NCBI RefSeq assembly: GCF_009914755.1
Contig: NC_060928.1
Reading direction: 5' to 3' (one strand)
Length of the DNA stretch: 64,000 nucleotides
Source of the DNA: the human T2T-CHM13v2.0 reference genome, Homo sapiens
A model generated the notes under the pieces. The model was not told the origin of the DNA. It made no database searches and worked only from the letters and a program-made list of their open reading frames with translations. Each line of letters opens with the position of its first letter. Position 1 is the stretch's first letter. Both the position numbers and the translations under genes were made by a program. This document shows positions 13,586-25,676 of the stretch, in pieces.

Positions 13586-14926
13586 CTAAAACAAGAAAGA
13601 AGTGTAAAACAATTGATGATGTATTTTATTTAATTTCAAGCTCAATCAGAATCAAAGGACATTTTCACAAGCAAATCACTTACATCTTGCACACAGTGAG
13701 GCTGCCCTTTGACCCTGAACCTACATGTTTTATGACTACGGAAACAATCTGCCCATTTTTGTGAACAGACTCTCTCAGAAAAGAGGCATTCATAAACCAA
13801 AGGGGAAGATGCTATTGAAGCAGCAGATCAAATGCCCAGGACGGATGAGTAAACAATCTTCTGCTGCCTGAGAGAGACAGACTACTTCTCTACTGGAACC
13901 TTAGGAGTCCTTTTCAAGCAAAGAGAGAGAGACTTCTCCAAGAAGGCAGAGCGAGATCTCTACTCTAGATGATCAGACAATTCTTACTTCTCACTGAACC
14001 ACTCACAAGTCATATCCAACCCCTTAAAAATGTCCATACCCTCATAGCCTCACTTCTAAGAATTTATCCTCAGGAGGAAATCCAGCAGTTGGCAAAGATG
14101 TCAAAGGTAAAAATGTATTAAGAGAACAAGAAAAAACAATAAAAATAGCCTATGCAGCCTAGAGTAAGACAACTGGTTACATAAATTATAATCATCCACA
14201 TAAATATATACTATGAAGCTATTAAAATAATAATGTAGCTCTATTGTTGTTGGCAAGAAATAAATAAGTAAGGGAGGAAAGGAGATTACAGACCAATTTG
14301 TATATAGTATGGCCTTATTTTATTAACGAATAAATACATGAAATGTCTATGTGACTGTGGACATGCTTGTGACTACAGGCAATAGAATAAAAGATCTGAT
14401 AGAACAGTGAGTCTCTCTGAGCTGTGACATTATTTTTATTTTCTATTTTCAAGTACTTCTGCAATGGACATAAATTACTTGCATAATAAAAAATGTTTAA
14501 ATGCCATACCATCCTTGGATATTTCAATATCTGTTTAAAGAAATGTTTTGAATGTTATATAGGTCTCTGAAATTGAAACTTTCAGTTGACATTATTTAAA
14601 ATATATTGTGTCATAAAACCCAAACGTGACCAGAATTAAAATATATCATATTGAATTGAATTCTAGAATCAGGCTATAAACTAATCCAGGATAATAGAGT
14701 GAAATAAAATAAGAGGCTGACATTCACACTGAGCAAGGAAGAGTCACTTATAGAACTTTAGCACATTAAATTGGGATAATCATTGCAAAACAAACAAAAT
14801 CACACACAGAGATAATCATATTTCAAAGGTATTACACAAGTCATTTCAGTGTTCAAAGATATTAAACGATCACTATGATAAAATGTCACAACTGTAAAGT
14901 ATTATATTAATAATTCTCTGACGTAC

Positions 14927-15092
14927 TGAGTCTTTATTCCTGGTAATTTCAGTGTGTAGGGCTTTGACATCAGCATACGTGCAGTCCTCAGAAATTTCCA
15001 GAATCTTCAGATTCTCCAGGAAATTAATATATTCAGCTCTATACACTTTTTTTCTTTCCAGTTTTTCAGCCTTCTTTGGGTTTTTTTTAGTG
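14927..15092 (-). CDS. DDX60L: DDX60L exon, 166 nt, phase 2/0 (TKKNPKKAEKLERKK...EITRNKDS)
   Basis: aataatag|CACTAA ... GACTCA|gtacgt; overlaps ORF-track 14873..15139. Confidence 0.92.
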
Positions 15093-15865
15093 CTATTATT
15101 TAAAAAAAAAAAAAAAACTTTTAAGTAATGAAAACTCATATTCAGTTACTGCAAGAAGCCTAAGGCCCCACAGATTTCCCTTGGTCATCCGACGTTGACA
15201 GTAGCTCCATCAATCCTGACTTGGTCTCCCCTTCCTCACGTGCACTTCCACCATTTCATCTAGAAGTCAGGTCCCCTCATCAGCAAAATCCTCTATATTT
15301 TCTTCATTTTCTCTGCATAATTTCTCCTCCTTCACACTGTAACAGATATCCAGTTCTTCTCAGGAAAATTTCTGCTACTGAATCTCTTTTGAGCAGTGGC
15401 CAGAGCACAGTGGAAAAGCAAAGGGGGCGGGGTGTGTGGCACAGTCTAGAATTAGTTGGCACATCCCCTGATCCCAGTAACTCTGGTCTTATGAAGAGGG
15501 TTCCAGAAAGAAAAGGGTAATTTAAATATCCATGCTGACAGCAGAGACCCTTCCTGACTAGGCCTAAGAGAAAAATTGATTATACCATTAAATACTCTTT
15601 ATTTTCATGGCCCATATCATTCATTACACATCCAACTTGAAATGTAGTTCCTAGTCCTGAAAAAAGACTGACTGAAGAGAATCAGTCACCGAGAAGACCT
15701 GGAGCTCCGACATCTCTCTCCCAGGTATTTTTCCCTTCCCCTACGTCCAAAAAATATACACAACAAGCAGAAAGAAGATCAAAGCAGTGGTGGAAACAAT
15801 AGAGAGCTTGCCCTAGTCTTTAGGCAACGTCTGAATTAGAAGGGCTACGGAAGTTGTTTCAATAT

Positions 15866-16199
15866 TGTTACAGACTGAATGTTTGTGCCCCCTCAAAACA
15901 AATTCATATGTTGAAATCCTAAACTCCATTTGTGATATCAGAAGGTGGGGTCTTTGGGAGGTGATTAAGTCACGAAGACAGAGTTTTCATGAATGGGATT
16001 GGCGACCTTATAAAAGAGGCTCCAGAGACATCCCTCGCCCCTTCCACCAAGTAAGGACACAGAGAAGACAGCTCTCTATGAACCAGGAAGCAGCTCTGTC
16101 AACATCCTGATCTTGGACTTCCTAACCTCCAGAACTGTGAGAAATAAATTTCTGTTTAGAAGCCACTTAGTCTATGGTAACTTGTTATGGACTAAGACA
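15866..16199 (+). mobile_element. MLT1A-type MaLR solo LTR
   Basis: TGTTACAGACTGAATGTTTGTG..AAATTCATATGTTGAAATCCTAA...GACTAAGACA. Confidence 0.8.
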
Positions 16200-16682
16200 A
16201 ATGTTGAGGGAAGGTTTAATTAGTCTTTCAAAAGTATTTATGAAGCACTATTACTATGTGCCAGGCAATATGCTATTACTGAGGGACTCAAAGAAGAATA
16301 TGCACAGTTCTGGTAAGGGAACTCCCAATCTAAAGAAAATAAAGATATGGAAACAACTGCAATGCAGTGTTATAATTAATCCAAATGCTTTAATGATTCA
16401 AAGTGGAATGAGAACAAAAGACAAAGGGTAATAGATCTATCTGAGGCAATCATTATAAACTTCAGAGAGAAGACAGATTTTAAACAAAAGATGTGGGGGA
16501 AATGAGCAGATTTATGAGCTAACAGGAAGGAAGGCCCTCCAGGTAGATGCAGTGTGTGCTACATAGATTCAGATGGTGGAGAGCAATTCATGTGAGTGCC
16601 TACCCATTAACAACTCTACCAAGCCATTCAGAAGGAAGAACTTTGTATGTACGACAATCTAACTAAATGTGCACATTAGAAC

Positions 16683-18530
16683 TGATGGCAGCAGTGGCTA
16701 ATCTGGAGCGGCCGCTGCCAGGACACCGGCTGCAGTGGGAGAGGCAAGGCCAGGGCTGCGTGCTCCATGGAGCCAGCAGGAGCTGGGAACAGGTGGAAGT
16801 CCTGCCCACTTCTGAGTTGACAGGGTGGGAGACGCCTTCCCCAGGCACAGCTGTAGCCACCCAAGCTGCAGCTGCAGCTGCAGACCCAGGCATCCCTGTG
16901 CTCTTGGGGGCTGGGAGCAGGCAGGAGCCCCGCCCTTATGGGAATAGCTGCAGCCACCCAAGCCATGGCTGCAGACCCGGGCCTCCCCGTGCACTTGGGT
17001 GCCAGGAGTGGACAGGAGCCCCATCCTTCCAGATATAGCTGCAGCCACCCAAGCTGCAACTGTGGACCCAGGCATCTCCACACTCTCGGGGGCCCAGGAA
17101 GGCCCCCTTCCCTCTGCAGGTTTGGAAGCACCTGCTCCCACTACCTGGCCTCTCTCTGCTCCCAGTCCCTACTCCACAGGCTCAGAAGTGTCTGCTCCTG
17201 CTGCCTGGCCTCTCCCTGCTCCTGGCACCCACTCCAAACTCAGAGAAAAGTTGAGGCCAAGCCTAGGTGCTGTCACAACCTAGCCAGGTGTGTGCACGCT
17301 CAGGACAGCGCTGACATGCCAGCCCCCTGTTGACTCGGCTGTTTCCAGACATTGAGTGCCAGTGAGCATGGGAGGGAGGCCAAAGTGGGGGCTAAGAGCA
17401 GCTCGGCACTGGCCTGCAGGCGGCCCTTTGGCACAAAGAGCCTGGGTGCCATGAACAGCAGCAGGAGGCAGACAGGCTCGGAGCAGAAAGGAGTGGGTCC
17501 CTGGTGAAGTCCCACCTTCAAGCTGAGAAAGGCCTGAAACCTGGGGGCTGGGCTGCCAGTCCTGTGGACCAGAGTGGGAACTTAACGGTGCTTTCTCCAG
17601 GCCTGCCCATGGCCACCCATGGACCAATCAGCACACACTTCTTCCCCTCTGAATCCTATATAAACCTCAGACTCAGCCAGACTTGAGGACTCAACAGACG
17701 ACCAGCTTCCGAGAGGAGCTACCCACTCCAGGGTCTCCTCTCTGCTGAGAGCTGAGCAGATGTCAGGATTACCAGCTATGGAGGGGAGCTACCCACTCCA
17801 GGGCCTCATCTCTGCTAAAAGCTGAGGACTCAACAGGGCAACCAACTGCAAAGAGGAGTGACCCACTCCAGGGTCTTCTCTCCACTGAGAGCTAAGCACT
17901 TGATGGGATTACCTGCCTGCAGAGAGGAGCAACCCACTCCAGGGTCTCCTCTCTGCTAAGAGCTCAACACTCAATGGGACATCCCACCTGCAGAGAGAAG
18001 CTACCCACTGCAGGTCTCCTCTGAGCTGTTCCATTTCTCAATAAAGCTCTTCTTCACCTTGCTTACCCTCCACTTGTCTGTGTACCTCATTCTTCCTGGA
18101 TACAGGACAAGAACTTGGGACCACTGAATGGCAGGGCTAAAAGACCTGTAACACAAACAGGGCTGAAACACACCCCTTGCTTGCCACGTTATGGGTGATG
18201 AGCTGGAGAGAAGAGAGAAGGAGAGAAGAGCTGCAGCCCTTCAGGGAGCCCAGACCTAGGAGCTCCCCAAGCCATGGCTGTGATAACTTCTTTGGGGCTC
18301 TGCAGTTCCTGGCATCTCTGGGCACCACCATGTTCCCCCGTGCCAGCCGTGGAAGCTGCTTGCAGTACGCCTGGTCCAGCCCCAGCCTCACAGGAAGCTG
18401 GTGCCCGTGACAGTGCCTGGAGCTGCCCACCCCTCTGCAGCTAGCATGCCTGGCTGTGTGCAGCAAAGGTGCCATTGGCCACAGAGGTTTCCGGCCAGAA
18501 AAGCAACACCCGTAACAGAATCCCATAACA
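16683..18530 (+). mobile_element. MER52-family (ERV1) solo LTR, 1848 bp
   Basis: TGATGGCAGCAGTGG..GGAGCGGCCGCTGCC...CCCATAACA; 4-bp TSD GAAC on both sides; TATA at ~17658, AATAAA at 18040. Confidence 0.85.
17711..18028 (+). repeat. ~70-bp tandem repeat (4 full + 1 partial) inside MER52
   Basis: GAGAGGAGCTACCCACTCCAGGGTCTCCTCTCTGCTGAGAGCT recurs near 17711, 17781, 17851, 17922, 17993. Confidence 0.9.
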
Positions 18531-18819
18531 GAACAACCAGACCAGCACCTGTATTTCAATAACATTGGAACAGGTGAACCTGGAACAAGAAATTACACAT
18601 GAGAAAGACTCCAAAGAATGCCAAATAACAAATGGCAAGGACCTGAACCAAGGCAGAGCCAGTAAGTGAGGATGGAGAGGATGGCAAGGAGAGAAGAAAT
18701 ATTTTGACCATGGAACTGTCAGAATTAATCAGACCTTGGGGAGAAAGGAAAAAAAAATCACAGCAGTGAAGTCCTACCCCAAGCATACGATTGGTATGGC
18801 AATTCATTCTATAGGCCAT

Positions 18820-19466
18820 TCTTTTGTGTTTAAGTTTTATTTTAAGTTCAACGGTACATGTGCAGATTTGTTATATAGGTAAACTTAGGTCATGAGAGTT
18901 TGTTGTACAGATTATTTCATAACCCAGGTATTAAGCCTAGTGCCTATTAGGTATTTCTCCTGATCCTCTCTCTCCCTTTTCCTCCCACCCTCCACCCTCG
19001 GATAGGCCCCAGTGTGTGTTGTTCCCCTCTATGTGTCCATGTATTCTCATAATTTACTTCCTACTTATAAGTGAGAACATGTAGTATTTGGTTTTCTGTT
19101 CCTGCATTAGTTTGCTAAGAATAATGGCCTACAGCTCTATCAATGTCCCTGTAAAGGACATAATCTCATTCTTTTTTATGGCTGCATAGTATTCCTTGGT
19201 GTACATGTACCACATTTTCCTTATCCAGTCTATCATTGATGGGCATCTAGGTTGATTCCATGTCTTTGCTATTGTGAATGGTGCTTCAGTGAACATATGC
19301 ATGCATGTATCTTTACAACAGAATGATTTATATTCCTTTGGGTAGACGCCCAGCAATGGGATTGCTGGGTTGAATGGTATTTCTGTCTTTTGGTCTTTGA
19401 GGAATCACCACACTATCTTCCACAATGGTTGAACTAATTTACACTCCCACCAATAGTGAATAAGCG
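18820..19466 (-). mobile_element. 5'-truncated old L1PA 3' end
   Basis: L1 3' UTR plus ORF2 C-terminus (ORF-track 19129..19356, KTWNQPRCPSMIDWI); degenerate TSD TTCTA(T/C)AG(G/A)CCA. Confidence 0.85.
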
Positions 19467-19795
19467 TTCTACAGACCAGGAAACCTCCAGGTTGTGGCCT
19501 AGGGCATGAATGCAGGTTATGGTTAAGTAGGCTGAGGGCCTCCTAGGAGGCCCAGTTGACCCTTAGGCTTACAGGCTGTAGTCCCACCTCCCCGATTCCT
19601 AAATGAAATCCATCTACATGTATAAGAGGGATTCCCTTCCTCCCATCCTCCCACCCAAATTTACTCTATTTGCAAAAACTGTGAAGCAATAACAAGAACC
19701 TCTTTGTGGCTCAGGTCTCTAAACATTTCTGACAGTGTCTTGTAAATATTTTAGTCTTCAGGGGCCAATTTGTTTAAGTAAACATTAATACTTAC

Positions 19796-19948
19796 ATCCT
19801 TTTCTGTGTCTTCCTCACTTTTTCAAGTACTTCATCTATTGCAAAGACATAACTATGACATTCAGTGTGGGGATGGCTTTTTGTCTCTGTCTTCTCCAGA
19901 AAAGTGCACACACTTCCAGCTCTTTTTCCCACATCATCATTCTTAAAC
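19796..19948 (-). CDS. DDX60L: DDX60L exon, 153 nt, phase 2/2 (FKNDDVGKRAGSVCTFLEK...KVRKTQKR)
   Basis: tttaag|GTTTAA ... AGGAT|gtaagt; phases match both neighbours. Confidence 0.92.
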
Positions 19949-19999
19949 CTTAAAACAAATGAAAACAGTGCTTTGAAAAGACTATGTTTCTATCCATAT

Positions 20000-20567
20000 T
20001 GTAAACCAAAAATAAAATTATAAGGCCCCTCAATCATCTGAATAGACTTCATCCTAGGCCAGGGCACTCTAAAATTTAAACTGAAAGACTGGTTTAAGCC
20101 CCAATGGGAAGTAGGGGTTCAACATACCTCTCGATACTCTCCAGCATTAACACCCACGTAGACCTTAAGTCTGATAAGAAACATTTACAGTCTATTCTCT
20201 CTGAAGCCAGCTACCTGGAGGCTTCATGTGCCTGGTAAAACTCTGGTCTCCACAACCTCTTATCATAACCCAGACATCCCTTTCTGTTGATAACTATTTC
20301 AACCAATTCCCAATCAGAAAATTTTTAAATCTACCTGTAACCTGGAAGCCTCCCTCCCCAACTTTGAGTTGTCCTGCCTTTCTGGACCAAACCAAGGTAT
20401 ATGTTAAATGTATTTGATTAATGTCTCATATCTCCCTAAAATGTATAAAACCAAGCTGTAGCCCTTGGGCACATGTTCTCAGGATCTCCTGCGGGATGTG
20501 TCACAGGCCATGGTCACTCATATTTGGCTCGGAATAAATCTCTTCAAATACTTTAGGGAGTTTGACA
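20000..20567 (+). mobile_element. MER4-group (ERV1) solo LTR
   Basis: TGTAAACCAAAAATAAAATT...TTTGACA; 4-bp TSD ATAT on both sides. Confidence 0.85.
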
Positions 20568-21094
20568 ATATCATATGTCCATTTACCATGATCATCTTGA
20601 CATACAGTTTGCTAGAAAAAAATGTTTTGGCTCAATGTATGTAATGTCCAGTAATATAACACTCATTCTAGGCTGAGTTCACCATAGAATTTTTTCGAAT
20701 ACTACTTGTGAGGCCATGGATTTACTAGCATGTTTAGAAAACAGACTTCGAAAAGAAATCCTATTTAGCTGATCAGCATTAAATTAATACACTCAAGAAA
20801 CAAAGACTAGGAAAGTCACAGTCTACTATGCATGGTAAGAAGATCTGGTATGTAAAAAAGCAAAAATAATAATAGCAAACAATGACCAAGTTCCAGGCAC
20901 TGTTCTATGTGGCTTCAATATATTAACTAATTTAATCTCTACCATGACGTTATGAGGAAGGTAATATTATCTCTGTTTTGCAGATGAAGAAGTAAATGCC
21001 AAAGGAAATTTTAAAATGTCTTCAAGGTCACATAGCCTAGTAACTGGTCAGGTTAAGATTAGAACCCGGGCAACTCAGCTTCAACTTCAGAGGC

Positions 21095-21178
21095 TTTTTT
21101 TTTTTTTTTTTTTTTGAGACAGGCTCTTGCTCTGTCGCCCAGACTGGAGTACAGTGGTGCACTCGCAGCTCACTGAAG
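21095..21178 (-). mobile_element. Heavily 5'-truncated Alu inserted in a MIR-like element
   Basis: T-tail plus ~65 nt of Alu 3' end; TSD CAGAGGCT. Confidence 0.8.
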
Positions 21179-22951
21179 CAGAGGCTATATGTCTAACTGC
21201 ACTTCTAAATTTGCTTCCGTGTTCACAGTAATAGAAGTTAATATGCAACACCCACATACTACTGGTTGCAAACAGTACTCTAAATGACAGCATTAAATGA
21301 TTCTTCTTACTGCTTTAACACAAACAAACCTAGGTCATCTAGAATTAATTTTCCTTTTTCAATCCCTCTGATAATCTATGACAAGAGTCCAGTGTAAAAA
21401 AAAAAAAAATTCTAGTGAATGGGCCTCAATCAGTCATGTTTTCTACTGATTAGTTAAGTGTTTTATATAAATTATTTCATTTAACCCATATCACAACCCA
21501 ATGAATTAGTTATTATCTCCATTTTTCAAATGAGGCTGCAAGAAGCTAAATAGATTTTCAGAAGTCACATAGCCAAAGGAGGGCAGAGCTGCAGTTTAAG
21601 CTAAGATTTGACCCAAAGTATGCGCTCTTAACTACGCCTCTACATGGGCACCAGTCACTAATCATGCATCTTGTCAGCACCATGTGTTTTTTCTAGGGTC
21701 CAGATTAGGGAAGGGAAGTTGACCCAGCTTGAGCCTAAACCAACTGTCATAGAGTTCTCAATGTTCCAGAGCTACAAACCAGTGGACTCAACCTAGGATT
21801 TCTGTAGCATATTTTCAAGACAACTGGAAACTCCATTAAAGCTGGCAAAGATCTCGTTCCCAAACATTTAAAATGTCTATTTTTAAAAATAATTTATTTT
21901 ACAAAAGTAAATGCATGTAAGTGTATAAATAATGAATCCTGTTTCTGTTCAGATTCCTATCCCAAAGTCATACTTTCAGCCATTCCTCAGTGATATATAG
22001 GGGTACATTTGTTTCTAACTAAAATTCAGAGCCACACTGGAAAGTAATCTAGATAGATGTTATAACATGTTGGCAGAATACCTCATTTGTTTACTCTGGT
22101 CCAAGCACAAAAGAAGAAGAAATTTTCTTGTAATTCCCCACATTTGTGACTTCAGTCATACTACTCTTTAATTTCTCTTATCATCATCTTTTGGTTACTG
22201 ACCACCAGCACGGACTTCGGATGCGTAACAGAACACATGTGGCTTAGTGCTACCATTTAACGTATCTACACACCTATGTGTTTGTGTGTTTGTCTTTGTA
22301 AACAACTTCACATTACCATTGGATCAAGGTCCTGGGAATTTATTTTATGCAAATTTTCGTAGTTAAAATAATTTAAAATTCTCTGGGCTAAATAAGTTTT
22401 TTGGTTCTGATTATTAGAGTGGGTCCAGGGTACACAGTGTTACCCACTTAATGTGTCCCACTTCGGTTCTCCTAATCAAAGAGAGATGCTAAATACCACT
22501 CAAGGTCTTTTTAGTATACCACACCATATCAAGGAAAGCCTCTGGGCTTAGTTTTCTTAGCTATAAATTAAAAACCAAACATTCAATAAATTATGGATGC
22601 TTTATGTGTTTTACATCTGTACATGAAAAATGCAATTTAGTTCCTAAAGGAACATTTCTAAAGTTAATGATAGTTGCTTACAAAAAGAAATTTAGGAAAG
22701 CTGAAAACCTTTTTAAAAATCAAAAGTCAAGGAAGTAAGAGGGTAATAAGATGAAAAATTTTATAAGGATTGACCTAGAAGACTGACCCATTTCTTTAAA
22801 AATAAAATCTATATTATTTTTCTAAAATGCAACAAAATGGTAAAAGTAGGGTTACTTCTAACCACTATATATAAATGAGACTAATTGAAAACAAAACCAA
22901 ACAAAAAATTCTCACATATAAACAAAGATAAATTAAGTTTCAGTTACTTAC

Positions 22952-23076
22952 AAAAAAAATATTGCAGGCAACTTATCCATTTGTCTTAACTTTTCAACAA
23001 GAAGAGGAAACATTTTCACCATATCTTTTGAACTAGACAATGAATCCGGACTAAGGTTCTTCAGTACTCTTTTGAC
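22952..23076 (-). CDS. DDX60L: DDX60L exon, 125 nt, phase 0/2 (VKRVLKNLSPDSLSSSKDMVKMFPLLVEKLRQMDKLPAIFF)
   Basis: ttgtag|GTCAAA ... TTTTTT|gtaagt; motif IV-like LPAIFF. Confidence 0.92.
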
Positions 23077-23961
23077 CTACAACAGTAAGTAAAAATTATT
23101 TAAAAAAAAAAAAAGAATTTGTGGAAACAGAAGAAAGAAAGGAATTATTTTGTTGTCTAAAATTAGAATAATTTTTCATATATAATTTTGGGTGGGTTTT
23201 TAAAATAGTCCTTTAATATTATCAAGTAGTGGTAAAAGTCAACAGAGTCACAGACATCTCTATACTAAAGAATAGATAATAAAAGATATAAAATATAATA
23301 TATGATATTTTGTAGGTACTACAAATAAGTCAGTAGGATAAGGATGTTCATAAAATGTTGCTGTTTCAACTGTTGCAGGAAGAGTGACAAAGGGTTTCTC
23401 CAGTTATTATATAACAAAATAGCTGCCAAATATGTTAAGGAGTATATAAAACCTATAATGGAAAAGAAATTTAATTTCTTAAAATTAAAAAGAAAAAGTT
23501 TCAACTATGTCTACCAATAATTTGTAATAGTATACAGACATGTTTATAATGCTTAACTGAAAATTCAAGAGATAAGTGAGTCACAAAATACAATGGCCAA
23601 TAGAAGTGTAATAAGTTGTTCACCTCAGATATTGTTGAAATTGTGGATAGTAACTTTTATCCTACTATTCCATATTTGATAATTTTTTTATAAACAGCAT
23701 CTACCTCTTTTTTAATCAGAAAAAATAAATGTTATTTTACATCAGGAAAATTAACATTAAATTCCTTTACATAATATACAATGGAAAATCTTTGATGAAA
23801 TAGTTATGGCTATCATGAATAATTTTCTTGACAAAGTTATTTTCCAGTTTAATTATCATTTGAGGGGTGGCAAATAGGGACATCCTTGGTATTCAGTTTT
23901 CCCCTGATTAACATTTAATGGAACACAGCATTCTGTGCCAAACAGGCTAAATTATTTGTAA

Positions 23962-24277
<316 letters not shown>

Positions 24278-24919
24278 AACCCATACCATTTTTATCTTTA
24301 TTTCTTTCACCACCAGAGTGAAAAATGCAAATAAACATGACAGTCAGCAAACTAGAACCAAAGATGCATCAATGTTATGCTCAAAGATATCTTTGCTTCT
24401 CAGCATAGCCACCTACGAGTCTGTCATCTATAAATTTGCCTGAGCCTCTTTCAGGTATATTTATATTTTCTCATTTATCATCATGTACATGAGTTTCAGA
24501 AATTGGTTATTTTTAAATAATTTATTTTTATTTGCACAAAACTTTCTTAGATTAGCCCCTGTACTAATTCCTGATCTCCACTATCATTCCTCTGGAGCCA
24601 GTCCCTCTTCTGTGAAAGCCTCGGCAACATTGGTTCTCCTGTTAAAGTTAAAGGTTCTTCGTTTTTAGCTGTTTGTAGCTGTTACCTGAAGAAACCAAAA
24701 GCCTATGGTGCATGTTTTAAAGGTCACTGAGCTAAGAAATGAAACCATTTCCCTCCTCCTTTATTCTATCTCATACTCACTGGATAACATGTTTAAATGG
24801 AATTACTAAAACAAAAATCGGAATAAAAAGATTACAAAACATTTATTGGCTAAATTATTATGCAACTCCAAACAATTAACAATTAAGTGAAACTTTGTCC
24901 AAGAAAGTGTGAAAATTAC

Positions 24920-25048
24920 CTTCTTCACTTGGCCATTTTTAATCCAATTTGTCAATTCTGCCTTTAAGTTTTCTTCATATTTTCTAGCATCCAACTTCTT
25001 AATGACTATCTTATTCTTAAAAAGAATGAATTCCTCTGGACACAATTC
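24920..25048 (-). CDS. DDX60L: DDX60L exon, 129 nt, phase 0/0 (ELCPEEFILFKNKIVIKKLDARKYEENLKAELTNWIKNGQVKK)
   Basis: ccccaag|GAATTG ... AAGAAG|gtaatt. Confidence 0.93.
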
Positions 25049-25571
25049 CTTGGGGGGAAAATTATCACAAAATTAAGCTAAGCTATGCAATCTATAGTAA
25101 GAAAAATACAATGATGTATTTAAGTTTACTTGTCTCCTTAACAAAATTGCAAACTCCTTGAGGGCAGAGGCTGTTGAACATCTTTTTACCTCCCAATAAT
25201 TTCTAACACATAAACCTATGATGATGGGTGAACTCTTCAAAAGAAAGAATACAGGGCACAGCTGATGAAAAGATGAAAACCAACAGAGAAGAGAATAGAG
25301 GAATATAAGTCCAAAAACACAATTAAAGTAGTATGGTATCCCAAAAGCTAAAAGAAGACATATTTTTGAGAATTACAGAATATTCCATGCTACGTACAAT
25401 AATAAAGTCACAAAGAATGGCTGAAAATAAGAAAAAATAACTGATTATTTCAAAATAGCAGCATCAACCAAGTAGAGAGAATAAGTGTGCTTACCTGTAG
25501 AGTAATTTTGCTATATTCTGGAATAGCATTAACTAAAGTTCATTTTGGTGAATATATATTTCTATATTTAC

Positions 25572-25676
25572 CTGAGCCCTGGGCCAAGTTTCCCAGACTT
25601 GAGCCATGGTATCATAAAGCTGGATGCTTTCTTGAGGGGTGAGGGTAAGATCAGGTGGGAATCCATACTTTTCAAT
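25572..25676 (-). CDS. DDX60L: DDX60L exon, 105 nt, phase 0/0 (IEKYGFPPDLTLTPQESIQLYDTMAQVWETWPRAQ)
   Basis: tcacag|ATTGAA ... GCTCAG|gtaaat. Confidence 0.93.

Noticed and set aside
17711-18028. Repeat-spacer-like array resembling CRISPR
   Set aside because: The units are degenerate and the 'spacers' are related to each other; it is an internal tandem repeat of a MER52 LTR in primate DNA, with no cas genes.
16663-18565. Many overlapping 70-150 aa ORFs on both strands
   Set aside because: An artefact of GC-rich, stop-poor MER52 LTR sequence; no recognisable domains.
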